From Minisyncoccia bacterium (GTDB lineage Bacteria > Patescibacteriota > Minisyncoccia > Phycocordibacterales > GWA1-40-21), in assembly GCA_049287185.1 (NCBI GenBank), contig JBAQFI010000012.1, positions 166,179 through 230,178 of the forward strand: a stretch of 64,000 nt of DNA, given 5' to 3'. The notes below the pieces were generated by a model, which was not told where the DNA came from, made no database searches, and saw nothing but the letters and a program-made list of their open reading frames with translations. Each line of letters starts with the position of its first letter. The stretch's first letter is position 1. The position numbers and the translations under genes are program-made. Positions 48,954-57,551 of this stretch are shown here, in pieces.

Positions 48954-49760
48954 TTACGCCAATCTAGGTAAAATAATCGCAATATACTCCAAAATAATCT
49001 TAAATGATGACGAGGGATCCTCTGAATAGCGGCAATTTTTTTCTAACTCTGTTAGCCATGACAGATTTTCTTTGGTCTGTTTTTTGTCTTTAACTTTTTG
49101 GAAACAAAGTTTAAGTAATTGTCGTAAAAATTCAGAAATATCCCCCCTCGAAATTTCCTCGTCAGTTCTAGCAGATAGAATTTCACCAACTATTTTTAAG
49201 CGGTCAGCGATACTGCCAGCTAAAAATTCAGATTCATTAAACAAACTGGCACCCTCTTTAAAGGCTGGAATTTCTTCATTCACATCAATAATGACTAAAC
49301 GCGATGAAACTGTCGGTAACAAACGACTTGCGGTCGGTAAAATCAAAAAAATTTTGGTATCTGCTGTCGGTTCTTCAAAAAATTTTAACAAGGAATTTTG
49401 GGCATTAATGTGAATGTCATCAGCCATAATGACTATCACTTTGTTTTTGGCTTGTACTGGAAAACTCTGAGCCGGTAAAATTATCTCTTCTAAAATAGTA
49501 TTGTAATTTGGTTTACCTTCGGGATGAAGTTTTAGTAAGTCATATTCTCGTAAAGAAAAATCCGGATGACCAGTGGTATCAAAATCTAGTTTTTCCAATA
49601 GTTCGCTCTTTAATTCAGTTAAAATAGTTTGTTTGTCCCCCACTAAACAATAAGCGTGATGAGAAAAATCACAGTTTAGTTTTGTAATATTTTTTTTCTG
49701 AGATTTTGCAGACATGGAGAGATTATAACATGAACAAATTATGTTTCTCCAGTCTGTCAT
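48954..49760 (-). CDS. holB: DNA polymerase III delta-prime-like clamp-loader subunit (degenerate P-loop, LPTVSSR sensor region); likely starts at internal Met about 49715
   Basis: AAA+ clamp loader box motifs (FEEP, T.FIL). Confidence 0.65.
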   Translation of the reverse strand: MTDWRNIICSCYNLSMSAKSQKKNITKLNCDFSHHAYCLVGDKQTILTELKSELLEKLDFDTTGHPDFSLREYDLLKLHPEGKPNYNTILEEIILPAQSFPVQAKNKVIVIMADDIHINAQNSLLKFFEEPTADTKIFLILPTASRLLPTVSSRLVIIDVNEEIPAFKEGASLFNESEFLAGSIADRLKIVGEILSARTDEEISRGDISEFLRQLLKLCFQKVKDKKQTKENLSWLTELEKNCRYSEDPSSSFKIILEYIAIILPRLA

Positions 49761-49892
49761 TCCCGCGCAGGCGGGAATCCAGAAATAATAATCAATATTA
49801 ATAAAAACTGACTTTCCGTTGTGACCTAATTTTCTTGAGCGTAGCGATTAGAAAATGGAAATGCCCTTGTGGTACGCGGGAATGACAGAGGA
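49757..49892. repeat. IR-A family element with long internal segment
   Basis: left arm perfect, right arm partial. Confidence 0.55.
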
Positions 49893-49978
49893 ACAGAAAG
49901 CCGGAACCTATAAGGTTCCGGCTTTAACTAAATTAAAATTGTCTTAATTCCGCAATTTTGATTTTTGAATTTTGATTT

Positions 49979-50992
49979 TTACTTTTTACTTATAATACTT
50001 CTCTTATAGACATCTAAGTGTTCCAGTGCAATACCGGTCCCCTTAGCTACACAATACAAGGCCTCTTCGGCCAGAATAGCCTTAACACCTGTACGACGAA
50101 ATACCAGTTCCGGTAAATTACGCAATTGGGATGAACCACCGGTCATAATAATTCCACGATCAATAATATCAGAAGCCAATTCTGGAGGAGTTTCCTGTAA
50201 AACATCTTTGATAGCTTTAATCATGTCCTTAAGCTCACGGCTAATAGCTTTGACAATTTCATTGGTTTTAATTTCGGCAGAACGAGGCAAACCAGAAATA
50301 AAATCTCGGCCTTTGATAGTCATTTGTAATTCTTCTTCGAGTGGTACAGCCGAACCAATTTTAATTTTAATTTCCTCTGAAGTTTGGTCACCAATTGCTA
50401 GATTAAAAGTTTTCTTAATATAATCAGCGATAGCATAGTCAATCTTGTTCCCAGCACATTTAACAGAAGTGGAGGAGACAATACCACCGAGAGAAATCAC
50501 TGCTACGTCAGTTGTTCCACCACCGATGTCCACCACCATATGTCCGGCTGGTTCATAAATTGGAATACCGGCACCAATTGCAGCGAGAATCGGTTCCTTC
50601 ACGACGTAAGCATTTTTAGCTCCGGCCTTAATAGCGGCCTCAATGACTGCCCGACGTTCAGTAGAAGAAACTCCCGCTGGTACAGAAATCATGACATCTG
50701 GTTTAAACAAACTCCACTTACCTAGAGCTTTATTTATAAAATAGCGAAGCATCGCTTCGGTCACGCGATAGTCGGCGATTACACCATCTTTCATCGGACG
50801 ATAAGCAATAATATTGTCAGGGGTTCTACCAATCATTAATTTGGCTTCATTACCAACAGCCAAAATTTTATTATCTTGTTCGGAAACTGCCACTACAGAA
50901 GGTTCAAACAAAACTACACCCTTGCCAGGTAAAAAAACTAGGGTATTAGCTGTTCCTAAGTCAATTCCAATTCGTTTAGTAAAAATGGACAT
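49979..50992 (-). CDS. second MreB/Mbl-like actin homolog
   Basis: GIDLGTANTL and DIGGGTTD motifs. Confidence 0.9.
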   Translation of the reverse strand: MSIFTKRIGIDLGTANTLVFLPGKGVVLFEPSVVAVSEQDNKILAVGNEAKLMIGRTPDNIIAYRPMKDGVIADYRVTEAMLRYFINKALGKWSLFKPDVMISVPAGVSSTERRAVIEAAIKAGAKNAYVVKEPILAAIGAGIPIYEPAGHMVVDIGGGTTDVAVISLGGIVSSTSVKCAGNKIDYAIADYIKKTFNLAIGDQTSEEIKIKIGSAVPLEEELQMTIKGRDFISGLPRSAEIKTNEIVKAISRELKDMIKAIKDVLQETPPELASDIIDRGIIMTGGSSQLRNLPELVFRRTGVKAILAEEALYCVAKGTGIALEHLDVYKRSIISKK

Positions 50993-51079
50993 AATTTTTT
51001 AGCAATATTTGATAATCAGAGTATAGAGGTTTTTAAATAAATTTACAAGTTTGAATACATGAATGACTTTTATCTTTTA

Positions 51080-51160
51080 TCTGTCATTCCCGCGCAGGCG
51101 GGAATCCAGGATTAGATCAAAATAAAATTTCTGGATTCCCGCCTGCGCGGGAATGACAAG
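51080..51160. repeat. IR-A family element, canonical two-arm form
   Basis: near-identical to 27667-27738. Confidence 0.65.
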
Positions 51161-51302
51161 AAAGAATAGCAGAAATGCAGTCATCGTCTTATTATTCCTC
51201 ATAATGATGATATTTGGTAAAAAACATTATCATTGACATAGTTCAGGGTTTCTAGTTAACTGTATCTAGAAACAAGAACACTAAAAAAAGGATACTTAAT
51301 AT

Positions 51303-51434
51303 ATGAGTAAGAAAAGGAAAAAATTCAGACAGGAAAAAACACTGACTGAATGTCCAAAATGCTTAGTAAAATGGACTTCTGAATTAGAGAAAATAATCAA
51401 ATGGAAAAGTATTTGCTGTAACTGTAGAAAATGA
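51303..51434 (+). CDS. candidate 43-aa lysine-rich zinc-ribbon protein (CPKC ... CCNC)
   Basis: manual ORF below track threshold; AAGGAT upstream. Confidence 0.3.
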   Translation: MSKKRKKFRQEKTLTECPKCLVKWTSELEKIIKWKSICCNCRK

Positions 51435-51473
51435 CACAAATAAAAAATTTGATAACTAAAAAAAGGAGGATTT

Positions 51474-51773
51474 ATGAGTATCAGAATCTCTGAAGTAAAG
51501 CCGTCCGAAAAACTTGTAACAGAAGAAATTGGGAGAAGTAAGGATAACAAGGCTGTCGTTTTGAAAATAAACGGCGAAATAATTGTCCTCAAAAGTTCCC
51601 GGTTCAAGTTCAGTGCTCCTGAAGAAGGACCGCCGAATATTCTCTCAAAGAAAGAAATCCAGGAATACAAGAAAAAAAGCGATGCGAGTAAAAGTCCTGC
51701 TTGCCTTGCCCAAGAAAGAAAAGACGACAGAAAAAGATGCAAACTCTGGAAAGAGGGCGAAAAATATCAGTGA
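51474..51773 (+). CDS. hypothetical 99-aa protein with strong AAGGAGG RBS
   Basis: RBS and terminator at 51791-51820. Confidence 0.5.
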   Translation: MSIRISEVKPSEKLVTEEIGRSKDNKAVVLKINGEIIVLKSSRFKFSAPEEGPPNILSKKEIQEYKKKSDASKSPACLAQERKDDRKRCKLWKEGEKYQ

Positions 51774-51790
51774 TAATCATTATCACAAAC

Positions 51791-51820
51791 AAGACGCACT
51801 GAAAAGTGCGTCTTTTATTA
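51791..51820 (+). terminator. terminator aagacgcact-gaaa-agtgcgtctt + T-run
   Basis: seen directly. Confidence 0.7.
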
Positions 51821-51917
51821 TATGAGTATAAAAAAAGACGTACCCGGAGGTAACGTCTTATGAAGCATCAGTCCAAAGATAATTCGGACTGAAAAAGAAA
51901 GAACTAATCTAAAGAGT

Positions 51918-52078
51918 GGAGCTCCTTACTTATTAGGTCGACACACAGTTCAACGCCGGAATGTAATTGGTTGCAGTACAGTCTCACCCGGCTTGGTGGG
52001 ATTTCTTGTTCTCGGGACATTTTCCCCGCAAGAAATTTATCTTGACTTGCCAATACATTATTCCTAGTAAGGAGCTCC
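51918..52078. ncRNA. candidate structured RNA/TIR-bounded unit 1 (closing helix GGAGCUCCUUACU / AGUAAGGAGCUCC, 161 nt)
   Basis: 13 bp perfect terminal complementarity; no credible ORF; flanked by hairpin terminators. Confidence 0.3.
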
Positions 52079-52167
52079 GGGGCTATCATATCATCTAATA
52101 AAAAATTCGCAAATTAAAAACATACCACGTGGTATGTTTAAAAAAAGAAAGAACTAATCTGAAGAAT

Positions 52168-52373
52168 GGAGCTCTTTGTTAAAATGATCGCCGAGCCACA
52201 GGCTAATCATAAATGCATTTGGAGTTTGTATCGCCTATCCCTCTATTGGTGGGATTCTGTGGCATTGTCCCTATTGGGTAGCCATTCGCACACGAGAAAG
52301 GAATAATTCCATCCCGCGAAATAAATACGCGATTATCGGCTAGCCAAATACATTTTTCCTAACAAAGAGCTCC
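52168..52373. ncRNA. candidate structured RNA/TIR-bounded unit 2 (closing helix GGAGCUCUUUGUU / AACAAAGAGCUCC, 206 nt); 5' flank about 30 nt identical to unit 1
   Basis: compensatory change in terminal helix relative to unit 1. Confidence 0.3.
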
Positions 52374-52415
52374 AAAAAGAATACTACACCCGTAAATAAT
52401 TTTGTCAAAAATTAA

Positions 52416-52657
52416 GTAGAACTCTTCGTCGGGCACACAAACCAGATGGTTGTGATTGTGAAATCAAAATTGTGCTGGTGACATCGAGCAAATCCTCTCA
52501 TTGCCCCTAAGGAGATGCTGGATTAACAAAAGATTAACTTTCGAACCACTTCCTCCCGCGCGTCAATTGCCTTGGTGGGCCATTATCTCACCAACTAGCT
52601 GATACGACTAATGCCCGACACAACCCAAAATTTTCACTTAACCCAACGAAGAGCTAC
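52416..52657. ncRNA. candidate structured RNA/TIR-bounded unit 3 (closing helix GUAGAACUCUUCGU / ACGAAGAGCUAC, 242 nt)
   Basis: third variant of terminal helix; followed by strong terminator. Confidence 0.25.
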
Positions 52658-52687
52658 AAAGAATATTATCATCACAGGTTATTTTGT

Positions 52688-52731
52688 AAAGACATCGAGA
52701 CAGAGTGTCTCGATGTCTTTATTTTTCTTTG
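52688..52731 (+). terminator. strong terminator aaagacatcgagaca-gag-tgtctcgatgtcttt + T-run
   Basis: 15 bp stem. Confidence 0.75.
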
Positions 52732-52740
52732 TTTAATACT

Positions 52741-52770
52741 AAATACTGTATACTAGATACTATATACTTT
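52741..52770. repeat. heptad direct repeats (ATACTNN)x4
   Basis: same motif as 16835 and 19841. Confidence 0.5.
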
Positions 52771-52792
52771 TCTGGCTTCTTCATAGCATATG

Positions 52793-52801
52793 TGCTATAA
52801 T
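52793..52801 (+). promoter_or_regulatory. extended -10 TGCTATAAT upstream of HTH-murA
   Basis: TGn-TATAAT. Confidence 0.4.
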
Positions 52802-52822
52802 AAAAAATATATAAATTTAATC

Positions 52823-52903
52823 AACCCACAAAAATTGACAATTCAGATTGTCATCCCCGTGAAGACGGGGATCCAGTCTTAATCAAAACTTTACCGGGTA
52901 AAA
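52823..52903. repeat. family C module termini (caacccacaaaaattgac ... tcaaaactttaccgggtaaa) with an IR-A-variant arm (52845-52878) in the middle; ends 2 nt before the murA start
   Basis: aligned against 12970-13034 and 47776-47835. Confidence 0.5.
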
Positions 52904-52905
52904 AT

Positions 52906-54411
52906 ATGGATAATTTAAATCAAATCGGAAAACTAATTTCTACCTTAAGGCAACAAAAAGGCCTAACTCAGGAACAATTTGCTCAAAAATTAAATACCAC
53001 TCAAAGCGCTATTGCTCGCATTGAAAATGGTGAACAAAATCTAACTACTGAAATGATTTCCAAAATCAGCGAAACTCTAGAAAATAGTTTAGTTTGTGTC
53101 GCTGATGGAGCTATAAATATTGAAATTCACGGTGGTAAAAAACTGGCCGGAGAAATAATTACTAGAACATCCAAAAACGGAGCGGTGGGTCTCCTCTGTG
53201 CTTCCCTACTCAACAAAGGCAAAACTACTTTAAAAAATGTACCAAAGATTGAAGAGGTATATCGTATTATTGAAGTTCTAATTAGTATTGGTGTCAGCAT
53301 CAAATGGGTAAATAATGATTTGGAAATAAAAGTCCCAGCCAAATTATCTTTGAGTAAAATCAATCGGGACTCGGCTATTAAAACTCGCAGTATCATAATG
53401 TTTTTTGGCCCACTAATTCACGAATTTAAAAAATTTCGTTTACCTCGTAGTGGTGGCTGTAAACTTGGTGCTCGATCTATTCAGCCTCACATCTACGCAC
53501 TAGAGGAACTCGGGGTAAAAATTGAAACTAAAGAAAAATATTATGAAATCACTCATAGCGGTTTAAACAAAAATAGAGAAATAATTCTTTATGAGGCTGG
53601 TGACACCGTGACGGAAAACGCTATTATGGCCGCCGCTCGCTTACCCGGCACAACTACTATCAAATACGCCTCCGCCAATTATATGGGTCAGGACCTGTGC
53701 TTCTTTTTGGAAAAGCTAGGTGTAAAAATTCAGGGTATTGGCACCACTACTATCATTGTGGAGGGTAAGGAAAAAATTAACGAAGACATCATTTATTATC
53801 TTGGGGAAGATCCGATTGATAGTATGTTTTTTATTTCTGTCGCAGCCACCACCAATTCTAAAATGAAAATCACTCGTTGTCCGATTAACTTCCTAGAAAT
53901 GGAGTTACTCAAACTAGAAAAAATGGGTTTAAAATTTAAGAAATCAAAAACTTATAAATCTTTAAATGAAAGACTGGACTTAGTTGATATTCAAATTTTT
54001 CCGTCAAAACTCGTTGCCTTGGAAGATAAAATTGAAGCCCATCCTTATCCAGCCATTAATATTGATAACCTACCTTTCTTTGCCGTGATTGCCACCCAAG
54101 CTCAAGGCCAAACTTTTATCCACGACTGGGTTTATGAAAAACGCGCCATCTATTACACTGAGCTAAATAAGCTCGGTGCAGATACCCTTCTAGCTGACCC
54201 TCACAGATTTTATGTGAATGGTAAGACCACTCTAAAACCTGCGGAAATAATCTGCCCGCCAGCTCTCCGTCCAGCGGCCATAATTTTAATTGGTATGCTC
54301 GCCGCCAAAGGACGCTCAGTTTTGCGAAATATCTATAGTATAAATCGCGGTTATGAAGATATTACTAAAAGATTGAATGACATTGGCGCCGATATTCGTA
54401 TTTTAAGATAG
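52906..54411 (+). CDS. murA: UDP-N-acetylglucosamine 1-carboxyvinyltransferase with an N-terminal XRE-family HTH domain (fusion)
   Basis: HTH LRQQKGLTQEQFA...SAIARIENG; MurA GGKKLAGEI, catalytic Cys loop RSGGCKLGARS, C-terminal RGYEDI. Confidence 0.85.
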   Translation: MDNLNQIGKLISTLRQQKGLTQEQFAQKLNTTQSAIARIENGEQNLTTEMISKISETLENSLVCVADGAINIEIHGGKKLAGEIITRTSKNGAVGLLCASLLNKGKTTLKNVPKIEEVYRIIEVLISIGVSIKWVNNDLEIKVPAKLSLSKINRDSAIKTRSIIMFFGPLIHEFKKFRLPRSGGCKLGARSIQPHIYALEELGVKIETKEKYYEITHSGLNKNREIILYEAGDTVTENAIMAAARLPGTTTIKYASANYMGQDLCFFLEKLGVKIQGIGTTTIIVEGKEKINEDIIYYLGEDPIDSMFFISVAATTNSKMKITRCPINFLEMELLKLEKMGLKFKKSKTYKSLNERLDLVDIQIFPSKLVALEDKIEAHPYPAINIDNLPFFAVIATQAQGQTFIHDWVYEKRAIYYTELNKLGADTLLADPHRFYVNGKTTLKPAEIICPPALRPAAIILIGMLAAKGRSVLRNIYSINRGYEDITKRLNDIGADIRILR

Positions 54412-54417
54412 TTTTTT

Positions 54418-54606
54418 CTGTCATTCCCGCGCAGGTTGAAATTTGGGATGGGACCCAAATGAAAGACCTTGAGCGTTTTGTCTTCAAAATGTGAAAGGTG
54501 TACTGCTCCTGTAAGGAGAGAAATTCCAGTCCTTCTATGTTAAAACAATTTACGATTCCTAGATTCCCGCCTGCGCGGGAATGACAACACGAATAACAGG
54601 TTGAAA
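54418..54606. repeat. IR-A family element with left arm interrupted after gcgcag by about 115 bp and duplicated caggttgaaattt / tttttctgtcatt flanks (nested or rearranged copy)
   Basis: right arm intact at 54552-54580. Confidence 0.45.
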
Positions 54607-54640
54607 TTTAGTCATTTTTCTGTCATTATAATAAGAGCGT

Positions 54641-54818
54641 GTTTACAATCTAACCGCCATTAAACATAACAATCGGCTTGCTCGTTCAAATCTTCAAATT
54701 TAGGCTACAAAATAAGTGTTTTCTCCTCAGCGTATCTCGATATGCTTCGAAGAAAACCCATATTTTTCGCTCAAAATTTGAAAATTTGTTCCGAACATTA
54801 GATTGTAAGCACGCTCTA
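54641..54818. repeat. 19 bp inverted repeat pair (agagcgtgtttacaatcta / tagattgtaagcacgctct) bracketing about 140 bp, ending 2 nt before the priA start
   Basis: seen directly. Confidence 0.4.
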
Positions 54819-54820
54819 CA

Positions 54821-56737
54821 ATGAAACTCATCGGCATTATCCCCATTTCAAGAGGCATTGCCAAGGAAAAACTGTCGTATTTTTCGACCGAGGACTTTCC
54901 TATTGGTTCTATTGTCTATGTCTCTCTGCGCAGTAAAAACATTCCTGGTTTAGTTGTTTCCAGCCAGGATGCTCTAGAAGAAAAATCCAGTATCAAGAAA
55001 CTATCATTTACTATTAAAAAAGTCAGTAAGAAACCACCAGTAGAATTGTTTCTACCAAATTTTATTAAAACCTGTCAGGAAGAGGCTCGCTATCTAGCCA
55101 CCACGACTGGTGCTGTACTTTATTCGGTTATGCCGAGTGGTATTTTAGAAAATTTAGATAAAATTGAAAAAACAGAATTAACTGTAAAAAGAAAAAATGA
55201 AGTCGGTGAAAAATTTGTAGTGCAAAGCGATGACGAGGAAAGATATTCTAATTACAAAAGTATCATTCGTGAAGAATTTGCCAAAGGCTATTCAGTTTTC
55301 TTTTGTCTCCCAACAATTCAAGAAACCAAAAAAGCTGTTAGTTTACTTTCCAAAGGTATAGAAACTTACACTTTTGTCTTACATAGTGGCCTGACAAAAA
55401 AGGAAATTCTGAAGACCTGGAACAAAATCATGGCGGAAAAGCACTCCGTCCTAGTAGTTATGACTGGCTCATTCCTTTCTCTACCTCGTCCTGATATTGG
55501 AACCATTATTATTGACCGTGAAAGTTCCCGCTCCTACAAAAGCCAACATCGACCATTTCTAGACATTCGTTGTTTCGCTGAGAAACTAGCCTTAAACTAT
55601 AACGTTCGTCTGGTTCTCGGTGATATTTTATTACGAACTGAGACCATCTGGCGCTATAAGAATAATGAGTTTTTTGAATTATTTCCGCTCAAGTTTCGCT
55701 CTCTTTCCCTCTCTAGTCAAGAAATTATTGATATGTGTCCAAAGCCAGTTGAACAGGACTTTGTTGAAGAAAAAGATAAGAAAAAAATTGAGTTCAAAAT
55801 AATTTCTGATGACTTAGTAAATTTAATAAAAAATAATCAAGACGACAGTGAACATCTGTTTATTTTCTCAGCACGTCGTGGTCTTCATCCAACTACTCTT
55901 TGTGCTGATTGTGGCACGATTGTCACCTGTCATAATTGTAAATCACCAATAGTTCTTCACACAGCTAGTAAAGGTAATTTTTTCCTTTGTCATCGTTGCG
56001 GTGAACGGAGAAGCGCCTCAGAGAAATGTTTTAAATGTGATAGCTGGCGTTTAGCGACACTAGGCATTGGTTCAGAACTTATAGAAAAAGAAATTCAAAA
56101 AATTTTTCCCGATATGAAAATTTTCAGATTAGATGCCGACAATGCTGACTCCCACAAGAAAGCCCTGCAGATTGCCGAGAAATTTTATTCTTCTCCGGGT
56201 TCAATTTTAATTGGTACAGAAATGTCCCTACCATACATTTACGAAAAGATTCAAAACTCAGCCGTTATATCTATGGATGCTTTCTTTTCCCTACCAGACT
56301 TTCGCATTAATGAAAGAATAATTAACATCATATTAAAGATAAAATCCTTTACCAGCAAGAGATTTATTCTTCAGACTAGAAAAGCACAGGCTAAAATCTG
56401 GGATTATGCTGTCCGTGGTAACCTGGCAGATTTTTATCGTGATGAAATTGGCGATCGCCAGATGTTAAGCTACCCCCCATATTCAACTTTGATCAAAATT
56501 AGTTTATTAGGAAATAAAGATGTCGTAGTTGGAGAAATGGAAAAACTACAAAAAGAAATTGAGCCACATATTATTGATATTTTTCCGGCCTTTATTCCAA
56601 GCAAAGCTGGAAAATATCAGATTCATGGACTCATAAAAGTTAAAGGTGATGACTGGGTGGATGAAGCCTTGCTAGAAAAAATTCAGAATTTACCACCAAT
56701 ATTTAACGTAAATGTTAACCCAGAAAGTCTGCTCTAG
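54821..56737 (+). CDS. priA: primosomal protein N' (PriA) homolog with degenerate Walker A and Walker B (DRES) but intact 3'BD and Cys-rich region
   Basis: aligns to PriA around VLHSGL and IIIDRESSRSYKSQ; CxxC x4 region; helicase C-domain. Confidence 0.75.
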   Translation: MKLIGIIPISRGIAKEKLSYFSTEDFPIGSIVYVSLRSKNIPGLVVSSQDALEEKSSIKKLSFTIKKVSKKPPVELFLPNFIKTCQEEARYLATTTGAVLYSVMPSGILENLDKIEKTELTVKRKNEVGEKFVVQSDDEERYSNYKSIIREEFAKGYSVFFCLPTIQETKKAVSLLSKGIETYTFVLHSGLTKKEILKTWNKIMAEKHSVLVVMTGSFLSLPRPDIGTIIIDRESSRSYKSQHRPFLDIRCFAEKLALNYNVRLVLGDILLRTETIWRYKNNEFFELFPLKFRSLSLSSQEIIDMCPKPVEQDFVEEKDKKKIEFKIISDDLVNLIKNNQDDSEHLFIFSARRGLHPTTLCADCGTIVTCHNCKSPIVLHTASKGNFFLCHRCGERRSASEKCFKCDSWRLATLGIGSELIEKEIQKIFPDMKIFRLDADNADSHKKALQIAEKFYSSPGSILIGTEMSLPYIYEKIQNSAVISMDAFFSLPDFRINERIINIILKIKSFTSKRFILQTRKAQAKIWDYAVRGNLADFYRDEIGDRQMLSYPPYSTLIKISLLGNKDVVVGEMEKLQKEIEPHIIDIFPAFIPSKAGKYQIHGLIKVKGDDWVDEALLEKIQNLPPIFNVNVNPESLL

Positions 56738-56742
56738 ATAAC

Positions 56743-56916
56743 CACTCACACTCCGTCATTGCGAGCTGGTATTCCAGCGTGGCAATCCAGGATAATTCAT
56801 AAAAATTAAATACGGAGTCTCACCACAAGGGCATTTCCATTTTCTAATCGCTTCGCTCAAGAAAATTAGGTCTGGATTGCCACGCTTCGCTCGCAATGAC
56901 CGAAGAAGAGTGTGAG
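56743..56916. repeat. IR-A family element (gtcattgcgagctgg...caatccag / ctggattgccacgcttcgctcgcaatgac) with extended outer inverted repeat cactcacactc/gagtgtgag and the shared internal segment
   Basis: seen directly. Confidence 0.55.
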
Positions 56917-56966
56917 GGGTTACTGCTCTAGAATTTTGAGACAAAATAAGCTATATTTATTGAAAT

Positions 56967-57551
56967 ATGACCGACAAAATCATAAATAAGAAGAAAATAG
57001 CGGAAATCCCGATTGTTCAAAGGCACGATCCAGTTTTGCGTGGTAAAGCAAAACCAGTTGATCTAAAGGAAATTACCTCATCCAAAATTAACAAAATCCT
57101 TTCTGATATGAAGAAGGCTCTCGCTCAGGAACAAGACGGTGTGGCTATCGCTGCTCCACAAATTGGCGTTGATCTGAGTATTTTTGTCGTCTCTAAAAAG
57201 GTTTTTCAACTTATGGATGGAAAAAATATTGAAGAAAAATCTAGTTATCAGGATTTGGTTTTTATAAATCCGAAAATATTAAAATTATCTAAAACAAAAA
57301 AACTAATGGAAGAAGGTTGTTTGTCCGTTAGATATGCCTATGGCAAAGTTCCACGAGCGGAACGAGCTACTATTGAAGCCTATGATGACGAGGGTCAGAA
57401 ATTTACTCGAGGAGCGGGCGGACTCTTGGCTCAAATCTTTCAACATGAAACAGACCATTTAAATGGCGTTTTGTTCATCGACAAAGCTACTGAAGTTGAA
57501 GAAATGTCAGAAGCAGAATACCTTAAGCTTTATCAAGATGATAATAAATAA
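56967..57551 (+). CDS. def: peptide deformylase
   Basis: GxGxAAxQ, EGCLS, QHExDHLxG motifs. Confidence 0.95.
   Translation: MTDKIINKKKIAEIPIVQRHDPVLRGKAKPVDLKEITSSKINKILSDMKKALAQEQDGVAIAAPQIGVDLSIFVVSKKVFQLMDGKNIEEKSSYQDLVFINPKILKLSKTKKLMEEGCLSVRYAYGKVPRAERATIEAYDDEGQKFTRGAGGLLAQIFQHETDHLNGVLFIDKATEVEEMSEAEYLKLYQDDNK

Noticed and set aside
51904-52089. 61-aa minus-strand ORF exactly spanning unit 1 of the tandem array
   Set aside because: There is no RBS. It starts and ends inside the palindromic GGAGCTCC termini. No equivalent ORF exists in units 2 and 3.
51893-52735. Identification of the tandem units as RNase P RNA, SRP RNA, tmRNA, 6S RNA, T-box or glycine/lysine riboswitches
   Set aside because: Only weak partial resemblances were found (ACAGUCUCACCCGGCUUGG versus the RNase P P4 3' strand; GCCGAG versus the lysine-box GCCGAAG). 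Diagnostic consensus segments are missing, and three paralogous copies in tandem do not fit single-copy housekeeping RNAs.
16979-56916. CRISPR array interpretation of the recurring gtcattcccgcgcaggcgggaatccag repeats
   Set aside because: Copies occur as inverted pairs at scattered intergenic sites with no regular spacers and no cas genes; this is a MITE/REP-like family.
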